From Chrysomallon squamiferum (taxonomy: Eukaryota > Animalia > Mollusca): 64,000 nucleotides of DNA. The stretch is from NCBI GenBank assembly GCA_012295275.1, contig CM022671.1, positions 29,078,001 through 29,142,000 of the forward strand. The letters are read 5' to 3'. Under the pieces are notes generated by a model. It searched no databases. It worked only from the letters and a program-made list of their open reading frames with translations, and had not been told where the DNA came from. The translations under genes and the position numbers were made by a program. Each line of letters opens with the position of its first letter. The stretch's first letter is position 1. Below, in pieces: positions 1 to 15,391 of this stretch.

Positions 1-480
1 AGTTTAAAAACAAAAAGAAAAATGTTTGGAATACTTTTATTTACTTGTTTGGTTTATACAAAATGAAAAGATTATTTATAGTTAACAAATTAAAGAAAGA
101 AAAAAGTATATAAGAAGATTTATAGTTGCTACACCTGTATTATATTAAAGTCTGAGTGTCTGGCGATTTATGGAAATGTTTATTTCTTATCTTACACCTT
201 GAGATGAATGTATACATACACACATAAATGTCTCTCTCTGTGTGTGTGTTGTATTATCTGAATGTGTATTGTTTTATATTTATTTATTTATTTATTTATT
301 ATTATTATTACTGCTGCTGCTGTTGTTGTTGTTGTTGTTGTTTTACTTTTCTTTATAGATTCATTTTAATTTATTGTTTTATTTTTATTTTTTTATTATT
401 GTTATTAAAGATTTTTTTTTAAATTTATTTAAATTTATTAAAATTATTTATTTATTTATTTATTTTTTTATTTTTTTTTT

Positions 481-532
<52 letters not shown>

Positions 533-692
533 AGGCCAAATAACAGTTGGTTATAGTTTTATGTGTATTTTAATAGTGATCTGCTTACAACAACAAGCTG
601 TTACACCTTACATTAGTGAACTGTCATTCAAACTTTAATTTAAGGTTTTCTGAATAAAACCATATTGGTTTATATTTAGATATATTTCAGAT

Positions 693-696
<4 letters not shown>

Positions 697-790
<94 letters not shown>

Positions 791-800
791 TGTGTGTGTG
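697..800. repeat. (AG)n followed by (TG)n microsatellite
   Basis: Direct reading. Confidence 0.95.
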
Positions 801-1528
801 GGTAGAAGGGAAACAGAAGTAGGGCAAGGAAAAAGAGAAAGGTGGGAGGGACAGAGAGAGAAAAGAGAATATAAATAAAGATACTATACAAGGAAAGAGA
901 AAGAATGTGACTGAATCAGTTTCGATAGTGTTAGTGAGTTAAAGATGAGTAATCATGAACAAAATACTAAATGAAGGCAAAAAGAAGTTTGCTTGAGATA
1001 AGAAATCATTTAGTAAAATAAAAATAATAAGTAAAGAATTACGTGCGTGAATTTATATTTCTGTTGTATTTAAAGGGTATTTTATCAGTTTTCCTATACT
1101 TGAAAGCCAAAGAGATATAGGCATCTAAATACAAAATTTTAATGGATGTAAATACATACATACAAAGACATGTTTTTTTGTATATGTAGAAGTGGACATA
1201 ATCCCAAATATCTCAGTCTAGGTGTTTGTACCAGAATATATCAAAGCCACTAGAAGAACCACTTAATTAAGCCAGCTGTATTTTACTTGTACTTGTGTGT
1301 GCAGTGGAAGGAACTAACAACTGATGATAAACAATTAATGATGCATATTTTATTACTTTGTTTATCATTTGAATGTAGTTCTGCTGGTTCCATTTTCTGT
1401 AAAACTTGCTTTATGAGGCAGTTAATATAATGATAGATTCAGTCTCAATAATATATTTTTTATTTATTTATTTATTTTATAATATTTGTTTTTGTATAAT
1501 TTAGTTATTTATTATTCTATTCTATTTT

Positions 1529-1563
<35 letters not shown>

Positions 1564-1856
1564 TCAAATATAAAGAAAATATAATTAAATATAGACTAAT
1601 CCAAATATAAATTCCTCTATTTACTGAATATCTTTTAGAAAATATATAACAAAAGGAAATATAGATCAAATATACTAATTTAGGGAAATGTACATCAACT
1701 TTAAAAGTTTATTTAAAAATGGAGACAACATAAAAAGATCTGCAGTAATGGAAAAAGATGGTAAAATTATTGAAATACAGATATAATAATATTATAATTA
1801 TTAAATTTTGACATTTATAAATTTCCATGATTATTGAACTGTAGATGTTATTGATA

Positions 1857-1892
<36 letters not shown>

Positions 1893-2017
1893 CTGACCTG
1901 TAGATTTTATTAAAAATATATTTTCTGAAATATGATATATATAATCTAAGTCATTTCTGTGCTTTTATGTTGTGGCATTGTCATAGCTGCTGTTTTCACT
2001 GATGTTGTTACTTTCAG

Positions 2018-2789
2018 ATGGCTGATGCCATGGAGATGATGCTGCTGTCCATTCTTTCTCCAGCACTTCATTGTCAGTGGCAACTGGAGGGTTACCAGGA
2101 GGCTCTCATTACAACAGTATGAATTTCATTAGTTTGCTTTTTGTTTTTATTTTGTTTTCATTTTCTTATGGCAGTGACCATATGAACTGATAGCCTGTGT
2201 TTTTACAATGTATGTTTTTCCTAGACACTAAACTTGAATAATAATAAAGTTTATTAATAATATGTCATGTCAATGAAGATTCTTCCATATATAGAATAAT
2301 AATAATAATATTAATAATAATAATAATAAAAATAATAAAAATAATAGTATTAATAGTAGTAGCTGTAGTAATAGTAATGAAAGTGGTTGTGATAGCAGTA
2401 GTGATAGTTGTTGAAATAATAATAATAATAATAATAGAAGTAATAGTAGTAGCTGTAGTAAAAGTAATGAAAGTGGTAGTTGTAGCAGTAGTTGTAGTAG
2501 TGGTGGTAGTATAAGTAGTAGAAATAATAATAATAATAATAAAAACATGGCAGTGACAGTAAATATAACAAGCTGTGCAATATTCAGTTTTTTTATATAT
2601 TTCTGTATATAAAATACTTGTCCATGAAAAAGCTATGTTGCATGCTCCTTGAATCTCATTTATTATTATTATTCTCATTATGAATCAGAAAAAATACATC
2701 TGCTTAGTGTGTAGGAAACGTCATTTCTCCATCCATTCATTCATTCATTACTTTATTCATTCATTGCTATGATTTCTCATCTTTTTTAA

Positions 2790-2820
<31 letters not shown>

Positions 2821-4059
2821 ATCAATTTTATTATGGAAAAAAAAAAAAAAGAAGTAAAAAGAAAAGAAAAGATAAACCACAGTATTAAATATCTGAGCAC
2901 TGAGAGGTGTAAAAGTATCAAACTGTTATTTCAGGTTGTGTTTCTGGGAATGATGACAAGTTCAAGTATCTGGGGGACAATCTGTGACAAATATGGCAGA
3001 AGAGTTGTAAGTATATTTGTAAAACTCTACACTAAAAGGTTCATCAAAGTTCTTTTATTATTATGATTTATATTTTTGTTTTAAATATAAAATGGCTATT
3101 ATTTATTTATTTATATAAATCTTTTAGACTATTGATATTCATATGCACACACATACACACACACATGCATACATACATAATGTATACCTTCCTGTTACAT
3201 GCTCATAACATTTAGCATTCAGATTCTGCCTGAAAAAAATCATATAACTTTAATTTGTTCCAATCTGATACATAGTTAAACTCTGTATAGTTAATGACTC
3301 TACTCTGTTATAATATTTACATGTGTTTCAAATATGTTATTGTTAAACTCTGTACTAATCAGTTATTTACTGACGTTATTTTGTTATAATATTTACTTGT
3401 GTTTCAAAAAATGTCATTGTTAAACTCTGTACCATTTAGTTATTAATTGATTTTTCCTGTCTTATATTTTAATTTAACCACATATTTTATATGGATAAGC
3501 CCTAAATTAATTTCTTAATTATTACTTTATTTTCTTATACTGAAATTTTTTAAATAGTTATCTTCTTATTGTTTTAGTGTGCTGTGTTGTTAGCTTGGTT
3601 TTGATTTGAAAATTTTCCACAGTAAAACTTCATGTTATGCTCTCTGTTAAAGGCCTTAGTTTTGTGCTCGCTGTTTACATTCTACTATGGAATACTGAGT
3701 GCTGCCTCACCAAATTACATCTGGATTCTGGTTCTGCGGGGCCTGGTTGGTTTTGGAATAGGCGGAGCACCCCAGGCGTATGTGTTTATCTTTGTTGTGT
3801 TTTTGATCTGCTTAATCTGACTCTTTTTTATACATTTTGAATACAGATGTGTGAAATATAGAATTATAATATTAGTAATTGTTGTATTGTAGTTGTAAAT
3901 GTTTTCTCTAATAACTCTGATAAGAAATGTAGATATGTAATAAACTGAACAATCATATTTTGTAAATTAAAATCAGAGTAAACATTTTGATATGCATGAT
4001 ACCAACACATCTACTTTACAACTTAGCGAGAGCTTTGGTCATGGTAGTAGTAATAGTAG

Positions 4060-4104
<45 letters not shown>

Positions 4105-7100
4105 TTCAGGATATATCATTTTCTTTCTTTGAGGGATAGGTGGAAATACCAGTTTAAAAACAGTTTTATTTTACTGTGCCATGTACCATTTGAATGCATT
4201 CAGATTTTGACCATAGCTTTCTTAAACACATTATGTAAATTAATTTCATCAAGGTGTAATTTTCTTTTTCAGAATAACTTTGTATTCAGAATTCCTGCCA
4301 AGTAAAACCAGAGCTACTTGTGTTATATTGATAGAGGTAACTCTACATTTAAAAAAAAATTATTTCATAATTAAAATTATTTTTAACATGAAATTTAAAA
4401 CATATCAGAAATTATCTTATATTTAAGGAAAACAATACTTTAAAAAATATTAATAATAATAAAAAAGATTTTTTATATTGTTGTAATCACTGAAGAGTTT
4501 AGTTTTTCAGTTTTTTACTAAGAAGAAGATGAAACTAAATGATAGGTAGCCATTAATAACTGTATTGAAACTAATGATGATAAAAAAAACTAATAACTAA
4601 TGAATCATGTATCTACCTTTAGTACTAGTCCACATATAAATAAACATTTGTCACAGGTGTGTGCACACATATATATTCAAAACTGCAGTTGTAAAAAGTT
4701 TTAGTGTTACAAAAGGTAAAAGTTTTGAAGTAGTTCTAGTAAGTGAAACTTGTTTGTGAATGTTTCAGGTGTTCTGGGCTATAGGAGCCTGTTTTGAAGT
4801 ACTTCTGGCTCTGATCGTGATGCCCACTCTGGGCTGGCAATATCTACTTGGCTTCTCAGCTCTTCCACTTCTAGTGTTTGCTATTGGCTGTGTGGTACGA
4901 TATTACTTCTTAAAATCCTTTGTGTTGTAACTATTTACATGTGTGTGTGTGTGTTATAACTATTTACATATGTGTGTGTGAAATAGTATTAAATATTATA
5001 ACCCTGGGTATTTATATTAGTGTTAAATATTATAACTCTGGGTATTTATATTAGTATTAAATATTATAACTCTGGTTATTTATATTAGTGTTAAATATTA
5101 TAACTCTGTGTATTTATATTAGTGTTAAATATTATAACTCTGGGTATTTATATTAGTGTTAAATATTATAACTCTGGTTATTTATATTAGTGTTAAATAT
5201 TATAACTCTGTATTTATATTAGTGTTAAATATTATAACTCTGGGTATTTATATTAGTATTAAATATTATAACTCTGGGTATTTATATTAGTATTAAATAT
5301 TATAACTCTGGTTATTTATATTAGTGTTAAATATTATAACTGTGTATTTATATTAGTATTAAATATTATAACTCTGGGTATTTATATTAGTGTTAAATAT
5401 TATAACTGTGTATTTATATTAGTATTAAATATTATAACTCTGGGTATTTATATTAGTGTTAAATATTATAACTGTGTATTTATATTAGTATTAAATATTA
5501 TAACTCTGGGTATTTATATTAGTGTTAAAATATAACTGTGTGTTAAATATTATAACTCTGGGTATTTATATTAGTGTTAAATATTATAACTCTGGGTATT
5601 TATATTAGTATTAAATATTATAACTCTGGGTATTTATATTAGTGTTAAATATTATAACTCTGGTTATTTATATTAGTGTTAAATATTATAACTCTGGGTA
5701 TTTATATTAGTGTTAAATATTATAACTCTGGGTATTTATATTAGTGTTAAATATTATAACTCTGGGTATTTATATTAGTGTTAAATATTATAACTCTGGG
5801 TATTTATATTAGTGTTAAATATTATAACTCTGGGTATTTATATTAGTGTTAAATATTATAACTCTGGGTATTTATATTAGTGTTAAATATTATAACTGTG
5901 TATTTATACTAGTATTAAATATTATAACTCTGGGTATTTATACTAGTATTAAATATTATAACTGTGTATTTATACTAGTATTAAACATTATAACTCTGGG
6001 TATTTATACTAGTATTAAATATTATAACTGTGTATTTATACTAGTGTTAAATATTATAACTCTGGGTGTTTATATTAGTATTAAATATTATAACTCTGTG
6101 TATTTATACTAGTGTTAAATATTATAACTCTGTGTATTTATATTAGTATTAAATATTATAACTCTGGGTATTTATACTAGTGTTAAATATTATAACTCTG
6201 GGTATTTATATTAGTGTTAAATATTATAACTCTGTGTATTTATATTAGTGTTAAATATTATAACTCTGTGTATTTATATTAGTGTTAAATATTATAACTC
6301 TGGGTATTTATATTAGTATTAAATATTATAACTCTGTGTATTTATACTAGTGTTAAATATTATAACTCTGGGTGTTTTTATTAGTATTAAATATTATAAC
6401 TCTGTGTATTTATACTAGTGTTAAATATTATAACTCTGGGTGTTTATATTAGTATTAAATATTATAACACTGTATATATATTAGTATTAAATATTATAAC
6501 TCTGTGTATTTATACTAGTGTTAAATATTATAACTCTGGGTGTTTATATTAGTATTAAATATTATAACTCTGTGTATTTATACTAGTATTAAATATTATA
6601 ACTCTGGGTGTTTATATTAGTATTAAATATTATAACTCTGTGTATTTATACTAGTATTAAATATTATAACTCTGTGTATTTATATTAGTATTAAACATTA
6701 TAACTCTGTGTATTTATACTAGTATTAAACATTATAACACTGTGTTATGAATCTATGTGTAAAATTATATTTTTAGTGGTTACCAGAAAGTGCTCGTTAT
6801 GACCTGACCCGAGGAAAGCCAGACAAAGCTTTAGCAACAATAGCGAAAATAGCGAAGGAAAACAACAAACCCATGTTGTTAGGAAAACTGGCCGAGCCTG
6901 TGTTGAAAAAAGGAACAGTTGAGGTAGTTAATTAACATCAGCAGGAAAACAAAATCCATTTTAAAAACTAATAATAGAAAATACATATCAAAAAATATTT
7001 GATATTGTAAAGTTTTACTGAATATTTTTGTAAATAATTTTCAAATATAATATATGAATATTGATAGGAATTCTATATTTTCTAACTTTTCATTGAATAT

Positions 7101-8706
7101 TTTTGTAAGTAATTTTCAACGTTTCTGTCTAATTAACAATATTCTGAATATAATTTTTATTTCTGTTTACAGGCAACAACATAAACAAATAACCATATTC
7201 ATGAAACAACTACATAGTGTTTGCTTTTTTAACATGCTCTAGAGATAACATTTTTTTTATATATATATATTTTATTTTGTTGTTTTTCTTTTTGAATTTT
7301 TTTTGAAACATGTTCTCATTTTTTTATTATTTTGACTTTTGTTTTTGGAATTTTTTTTACAGAAATATGTTTTAACATTTATTTTTTTTTTAATACAAAA
7401 TTTAAAAATGTATTTATTTACAGAATGTAAAAAGAGGAAGAATCGTGGATTTGTTCACACCAGAACTTAGACTGACGACAAGTCTTCTGTGGATAATTTG
7501 GTTAGTATTTTGTTTTTCTTTAATATTTTCACTTTTGTCAGAAAAGCATTTCTAAATCCTGTTTTTGGATATGTGTACTAATACATTTTTGAAAAAAATC
7601 TACAAAATATTCAGTTTGAAATTGCTCCTAAATTTTTTGTTTAAAATTTTTATTCAAAACTTGAAACTTTCAACACAGAACATTTTGCAAAGGATCTTTG
7701 CTTAAAACTTTGTTGAAAGTTTTTTTTTTTTTTTTAAAGTTTCAATACAGAACTTTGTTGAAGAATCTACTCAAAGCTGTTTAAACATCTGTTAAATGTT
7801 TCTACTAAATTGCAAGTGAACGTTTCTGTTCAGTATAGTGTTGAAAAAATCTGCTCAAAAGTTTACTAAAAGATTCTACTGAAATTTTTGAGATTCCTGC
7901 CTAATAGTTTGTGATCAAGACATAATTGTTTAAAATATATATTTGAAAGAATTTAATTAAAACTTTGTTAATGGTATCTGGTAAGTGAAAGACAAACAAT
8001 AAAGTTATTCATTAAAAACTGAATACCTCTTTTACAAACATCAACAACACATTCTTTCATTATTTATTATCATTCTTTACAAAGTAACTCTCTTCAGAAA
8101 CTTAATACCAGATGTCATCCTGACTTCAGTGTGTTAATTTGGTATTGGTCAAAGCACATCTTTGCTAAAATGTAAAACATTAAACAAACAGCACCCATGA
8201 TAGTCAGTACATATTTTCAATCAGTTCATTACAATTTTACACTTCAGGATGGTCAATGCTTTTTCATACTATGGCATTGTTTTACTGACCACAGCCCTTT
8301 TTGAAACTCCTGATGGTTGCCATGGTGAGAACATTCTTCTGTTTCTTCTTCTTCTTCTTTTTATTATCAATGTTAGTAGCATTAATGGATTTAATATTAA
8401 ATTAATAATCTTTATTTTAAATTTGTTTTTTGTTTTGTTTTTTAATTTATTAATTTTCTCTTTTCCACTTTCTATTAACAAATCCAGAAAATATCAAATA
8501 AAAGATATTGCTAATGATTTCTGGGTATTTCCATTTAGTTTTATTTCTTTAAGTTTTTTTTTTGCTTGTTTTTTTAAAGTTATTCATTTATTTATTTATT
8601 ACTGTTAGTATTATTATATTATTTATTTTTATTTTTTTAAATTTATTTATTCATTTATTTATTTTTATTTTTTTAAATTTATTTATTCATTTATTTATTT
8701 TTATTA

Positions 8707-8796
<90 letters not shown>

Positions 8797-8847
8797 ATGC
8801 ATAACTGAAAAAACAATCTGTGAAATTTTGGAAGCGTTTCTGAAACT

Positions 8848-8881
<34 letters not shown>

Positions 8882-9243
8882 TTGTTGTTGTTAAAATCTA
8901 TATCAGAAGAAAATGAATGGTTGTTTCAGGAACTGATGTGAAGATGTCTGGAAAACCGGCCTGCATGTTGGAGTGTAAAACTCTCACCATTGACGATTAC
9001 AAAGATCTCATGTGGACAACATTCGCTGAATTCCCTGGTGACTTTTTATTTTATTACTGTACTGCCATTGTGTTTGTCTATGTCACTGCTCTTATTATTA
9101 TTGTTGTTGTTGTATTTTTTGTTGTTGTCATCATCATCATCATGATTATAATTATTATTACTTTTTTAAAATTATTTTTATTATTATTATTATTATTATT
9201 ACTGTCATCGTCGTCATTATTGTCGTTATTGTTGTTGTTGTTG

Positions 9244-9278
<35 letters not shown>

Positions 9279-10030
9279 ATTATGGTTATTATTATCAGTC
9301 ATCATCATTATAATCATAATTGTTGTTGTTGTTATTATTATTATTTGTTTTATTGCCTCCACTATGACTACTAAATTCAGAAAAAAGATGTATACATACA
9401 TTCAGATGCTCACACAAACTTACATCCATATTCATATATTTATTAATTTCCTTGTTTTTACTGTTAATCATATATTGTTATTCATTTATTTATAATTTCA
9501 GGTCTGTTTATCACTATTTTACTGATAGAAAAACTGGGAAGAAAGAAAACTATGGCTTTGGAATTTTTGTTATTCTCATTATTTGTTCTTCTTGTCAATA
9601 TCTGCACAACAAGGTAACTTGCCTTTATATTCTTATGTGCTTTAAGCAGTTCATTACAATGCATATTATATATATATATATAAAAAATATAGACACACAC
9701 ACACAGAATGTATGTTGGAAAAACCAGAATAATTTAATAAATGATAATTGAATTTTCTCTTTTTTTTAATTTTTAAAATGTCCCTCATAATGAGTTTTAT
9801 TAGTATAATTGTTATTATTATTATTGTTATTGTTGTTGTTATTATTATTATTATTGTTGTTGTTGTTATTATTATTATTATTTGTACTAATGCTGCTGCT
9901 ACTGCTATTTCTACTACTACCACTGTTACTATTATTATTAGTACTACTACTACTATTACAATTATTATTATTATTATTATATTTATTATTATTATTATTG
10001 CTATTATTATTATTGCTGTTATTGTTATGC

Positions 10031-10081
<51 letters not shown>

Positions 10082-10439
10082 CATTATTATTATTATTACT
10101 ATTATTATTCACTTAATACTCTTGTTTTGTTTTATTTATCTTTGATATGTATTTTTTAATGTATTTTATTTTATTTTTTATTTTTTATTTCAGAACTGTA
10201 CTAACAGTATTCATCTTTGTAGCGCGAGCTCTTATTTCTGGTGCATTTCAAACTGCTTATGTTTATACTCCTGAGGTTTGTCTCCTGTTATCTCTTTAAT
10301 GATATAGGATTTAATCTACATATTGACATAGGTTATTCAGTTTGCTGTCTAATATATCTATTGATTTTTGTCTATATGTTTATTTTTATTTTTGAATATA
10401 CTGTTACTATGAATGTTACAAGTAGATGTAAGATTGTCC

Positions 10440-10493
<54 letters not shown>

Positions 10494-12319
10494 ACACACA
10501 CACAGACATACACACACACAGACACACACACACATACATATATACAATACATACACACACACATACACACACACACACATACACACACACACACATACAC
10601 ACACACACATACATATATACATATATACAACACATACATATATTCATACAGCCTCAACACCACAACAAGTATGTACACAAACACATTTCACATTTGTGTG
10701 TGTTTGCATACATATATATAAACATACACAAAATGTTCTTACACATACATAAACATATAGTTTATACTGACTATAAGGTAAAATAAATACATAAATGTTA
10801 TATGTATTTCCAGTTCTACCCAACATCTCTAAGAGCCATTGGACTAGGATCTTGTAGTGGGTTTGCTCGTATAGGTGCTTTAACCACACCTTTTGTTGCC
10901 CAGGTAAATCTGTTCTCATTTTCATCAACCTAGTATTAATATATGTAACCTTCTTTATTATTGTTATTATTATTGTTACTATTATTATTGTTATTATTAT
11001 CATTACTAATATTACTATTACCTCTGTTATTACTATTATTTTTATATATTTATTTATTTATTTATTATTATTATTATTATTATCATTATTATTATTGTTT
11101 TTGTTGTTGCTGTTATTATTTATAAATATTCTTATTATAATTTATACAGACTAACTCTTACCTATGCTTAACTAATAAATTTATAAAATTAATTTTCATA
11201 ATATATTATGACACACAGAGAAATAATAAAACATTAGCACTAAATTAAATTATCATTAAATATAAATAAATTATAAACTAATAATATTCACCTCAGGTTT
11301 GATTAATAGTAATTATAATGTAACATATGTATATACAGTACTTTACTTATCTTAACACTTTCTGAATTAATCACAGATTATATAACATTTCCTTTCAGGT
11401 TTTACTTAAAACTTCTTCTTACGCTGCAATAACAGTCTATGGAACAACCTGTATCATAGCAACAGTTGCAGCCATGTTGCTTCCAGTAGAAACCAAAGGT
11501 CGTGCAATGAAGGTCAGTTTCAAAATAATATTTCCTTTCACCTTTTAAAAGCATTATTAAATAAATTTATTTTTGAAATTGTTTTTTTTTTTAAATATTT
11601 ATCATTAATAATTTTAAAAAATGTTCAATGATAACTGAACAGATATTATCATTATTATTAATAGCAATCATTAGGTGTCAGTCACAAATGTTTTTTTTTT
11701 TTTTTTTTACATGATAATGTTATCAAGCAGTAAATCTGTTGCTAAAACTCAAAATGGAAGCTTTTGTCAGTTAGAATTGAAGTTATAAATGTATTAACTT
11801 TTATGAAAGTCAGAAAATACACAGTTTTAGTGTATCTGTGATAAACTGGGTGAACAGCAAATAACCCTGTCAGGAACTTTATTATTATGCAACTGTTGCT
11901 GTTATTAAATTTAATATTCCATCCCCAAAACATTTACATGTCAAACAGTATGAAATACAGGATGCAAAACAGACTGTTGCCATGAGACTATGAATTGACA
12001 AATTGAGACCAAGCTTATACATATATTTTTTTAATTTAAATAAATAAATAAATAGGTAAATATATAAAAATAAAATAAATACAAGTTACAAAAGTAATTT
12101 GAATTTGTATTTTAAATGTGCATTAGGATTTTTTTAAAATATTGCTTCTCTGTTGTTCAAAAATTAAACTTGCTGAAAATACATAAAGAATGCCAAACTA
12201 TGCTCATAAAAATAATAATAATAATAAAAATTATAATAATAATTAAAATAAAATAATGAAATAAATCTGTTATATTTTTTTTGCAGGATGTGGCACATGA
12301 AGTCAGTCATCAGAACTGA
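2018..12319 (+). CDS. SVOP: Synaptic vesicle 2-related protein (MFS transporter); 5' exons lie upstream of the window
   Basis: Phase-consistent GT-AG exons: 2018-2116, 2935-3006, 3653-3777, 4273-4336, 4769-4894, 6777-6923, 7424-7500, 8248-8324, 8930-9037, 9502-9613, 10194-10275, 10814-10903, 11399-11512, 12287-12319 (TGA). Translation includes [68 protein letters not shown] and LPVETKGR, matching SVOP as recalled. Confidence 0.95.
2296..2540. repeat. Compound (AAT)n/(AGT)n low-complexity tract with an internal duplication
   Basis: Direct reading; TAATAGTAGTAGCTGTAGTAA.AGTAATGAAAGTGGT occurs twice. Confidence 0.85.
3275..3435. repeat. Diverged tandem repeat of about 70 bp (about 2.3 copies)
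   Basis: GTTAAACTCTGTA...TGTTATAATATTTAC.TGTGTTTCAAA...ATTGTTAAACTCTGTA recurs. Confidence 0.7.
4984..6745. repeat. AT-rich minisatellite, 34-bp unit with 32-bp variants, roughly 50 copies, in a SVOP intron
   Basis: Unit TATTAGTGTTAAATATTATAACTCTGGGTATTTA in head-to-tail copies with no spacers. Confidence 0.95.
9090..9345. repeat. Compound (ATT)/(GTT)/(CAT) trinucleotide tract
   Basis: Direct reading. Confidence 0.85.
9805..10110. repeat. Compound (ATT)/(GTT)/(ACT) trinucleotide tract
   Basis: Direct reading. Confidence 0.85.
10444..10640. repeat. Imperfect (AC)n microsatellite
   Basis: Direct reading. Confidence 0.9.
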
Positions 12320-12458
12320 TAAAGAATTTTTTTTTAGATTTTCTTAATTTTGTTTTCTTTTTCCATTGCTTGTAAACATACTGAGCTGCTTATTCTTTGA
12401 AAATTTATTTTAAATGTATTTTTCTTTTTCTTCTTTTTCTTATATTCTTTTTTGATCT

Positions 12459-12496
<38 letters not shown>

Positions 12497-13740
12497 ATAA
12501 TATAATAGGACATTATTATTTAATACTAAAACCTTAATTTATTATTCTGTTCTAATCTGTTTATCATGTGTTACACATTTAACAGACACTCTGATTACTA
12601 ACAATGTTCTTCATGTTTTTACATTTGTGTATGCTCATGTTTTACAATATTAAGTAGACTTATGTGATGGTTGTACAATATTGTACACTTTTTGTACAAT
12701 ATTGTAAAAGTCTGTGTAAAGATAACTGTGCAATACTAGGTGCATTTTATACAATTTGAGGTTAAATTTATATATATAGATAATTACATAATATTGTGTG
12801 CATCTTGTTATTTATAAATCTATAATAATAGTAATTGTGTTTATATATTATATAATATTTTCTATCTTACTTTTGTTATTTATTAACCTGTTAACATATA
12901 TACATCTTCAGCCCAATATCTTGCATTATTTTAAAGAAAAAAATATATATATATATTTTCATTTTAATACATTATCTCTATTTATGCTATTTATTATTAT
13001 CTTCATTTTATGGAAGTAAAGTTCATTCCATATTTACATTGAATTTTCTGAGATTTAAAAAAAAAAAAAAAAACATTTAAGAAGTTCAAACTTATAGTTA
13101 TTACATAATCTCTAAATGAATGTTATATATAAATAATAAAAATTATTAAATTTCTAAGACATTTGAGAATCTCAAACCTTTCCAAAAAGGATAATGCATT
13201 TCAAAATCTGTGTTTCTATACATAAGTAAATAATTTAAATAATATAAAAATAATCTTATATGTTAAATTATAAACTTTCTGAAATCTCACTTTTTTTTCC
13301 AAGAATCTCGGACTATCAAAAATATCAAAAAATAAGGAAAAAACAAAATTATATATATAAAATAAGATTTTTGAATGTGATACATTATATTTTTTTTAAT
13401 GTTAAGCATATAATACAAATAATAATTAATTCATGGCAATGAAATACTTATTTATTAAAACAACAACGATGTATAGGCTGACATGTTAACTATATATCAT
13501 TATGCAAGTGAGCTTGTCAGTGTGTCTGTGTGTATAGGTCTGTGCGTGAACATATGAATGTTGGTTTACATCTGCTGCTTAGACTTATTAGAGCACGACC
13601 ATTATATATTAATTTTTTCTGCTTCAGAGAAAATAAAAGCTAAAGATCTATAAAATCAGTTACCTTGACAGTCATGTTTATTCCCAGCTTCATTGTGAGT
13701 TATAATACGAATGAATCACAAGCTTTGTGGCCATTAAGCA

Positions 13741-13793
<53 letters not shown>

Positions 13794-14081
13794 ACACACA
13801 CACACACAACACACATGCACTGGGTAATATCAGGATTTGACTCCAAACATTAGACATTAATGTACATATATTTATGATTACTGTGAAGGGCCTTACATCC
13901 TAATTACATGGATTTACAGATTTTAAACAATGAAAAACAATTGGATATCATCCATTACTTACTACTTAATTGTTAAATTTGTGAGCCAGCATTTGGTTTT
14001 TTACAAAAAAGGTGGAACCTGGAATCACTGTAATTAATTATAGATATTATTATTATAATAAGTTTGTTATTATTGTGATTA

Positions 14082-14138
<57 letters not shown>

Positions 14139-15347
14139 TATTGATGTTATTTTAGTTGGTTTTCTTTACATTTTTATGTATTTTCAAAGAACATGTTTTT
14201 TACATTTCTGAGTTGTGTAAAAGATTTGTGATAAATATATATATATATATATGTTTGGTTTACATTCCAGTTAATTTAATTCCACAGTTGTTATTTTTAG
14301 TGTTGCTGGGATTTTTTTGTTTTTGTTTTTAGTTTAAGGTGTTTTTCGAAAAAAAAAATTCCATGTTTATTTCTATTAAAAGCTTATTCTAATGCTAGAT
14401 AGTGAGGGTTTATATTCTTATAGAAGTCAATATTTTCAAAATGTTCTTTGAATTAATATATAAAATTTGTTTTACATTGTTTACACATTGTAATATGTTT
14501 AACAATCTAACTACTAGTGTGTTATGTTCAATCTGTAATATTTTATTAAAATATGTAATCATTATTTGTTACCTAATACTAACTCCAAAAACATAACAAA
14601 AGAAAACTTTATTTTTGCTTTAATATTATCTACTAATATTATGATTAATTTGAAAATGTAATTTTATTTTGTTCTTCATAACATAACATTTTCTTCCACA
14701 TGAATTTCATTGTATCTTAATTAGATTTTCTTTTTTTTTCTGATTGATTTTTTAATTTTTTGGGTTTTTTTTGTTTACATATATGTTGCATCATCATTGT
14801 TTATGTGTGAATGTGCTTGAAGATAGGTATTCACGAAATAATAAAATAAATATATTTACATTATAAGGAAGGGTATATATTCTAGAAATTTAAAACAAAA
14901 AATTTTTTTCCCTCTGTACCATTGTATCCCCAAAACAATTTTTCTGTTTATTTAAAAACAGTGTACATTGACAGGTTTTGGTTGCATTTGGCATTGTAAA
15001 AAAATCACATAATCTATTAATTCAGATTTATCTTGTATATGTATTTTAAATAACCTTTTTTTTTTTTTTTTTTTTTTTGTACCCTTGCCCCCCTGTATAG
15101 CAGTATTTTCCCCCTCTAAAACCAGCATTCAGTAACCTGTGTGAACTGACAGGTGTAGGTTGTAAAGGGCTTTGAAGATTATCAGATAATCCTATTAATC
15201 CAGATTTACTTTTTTGTTGTTGTGTTTTTGTTTTTGGGTGTGTGTTTTTTAATGACCATGCAGGAATTATTGTATTAGTGTGTACATTTCAGTCATTGTT
15301 GTATTATTTTCAAGGCTATACTTTTCATTGAGAGAAAAAAATTTTAT

Positions 15348-15391
<44 letters not shown>

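Noticed and set aside
4984-6745. CRISPR-like array or the repetitive ORF at 5846-6112
   Set aside because: Units are contiguous with no unique spacers, there are no cas genes, and the array is inside a eukaryotic intron; the ORF is a by-product of the 66-bp dimer.
228-11003. Many poly-L/I/Y/N/HT/SL ORFs in the supplied track
   Set aside because: They are translations of intronic microsatellites; only short parts coincide with true SVOP exons.
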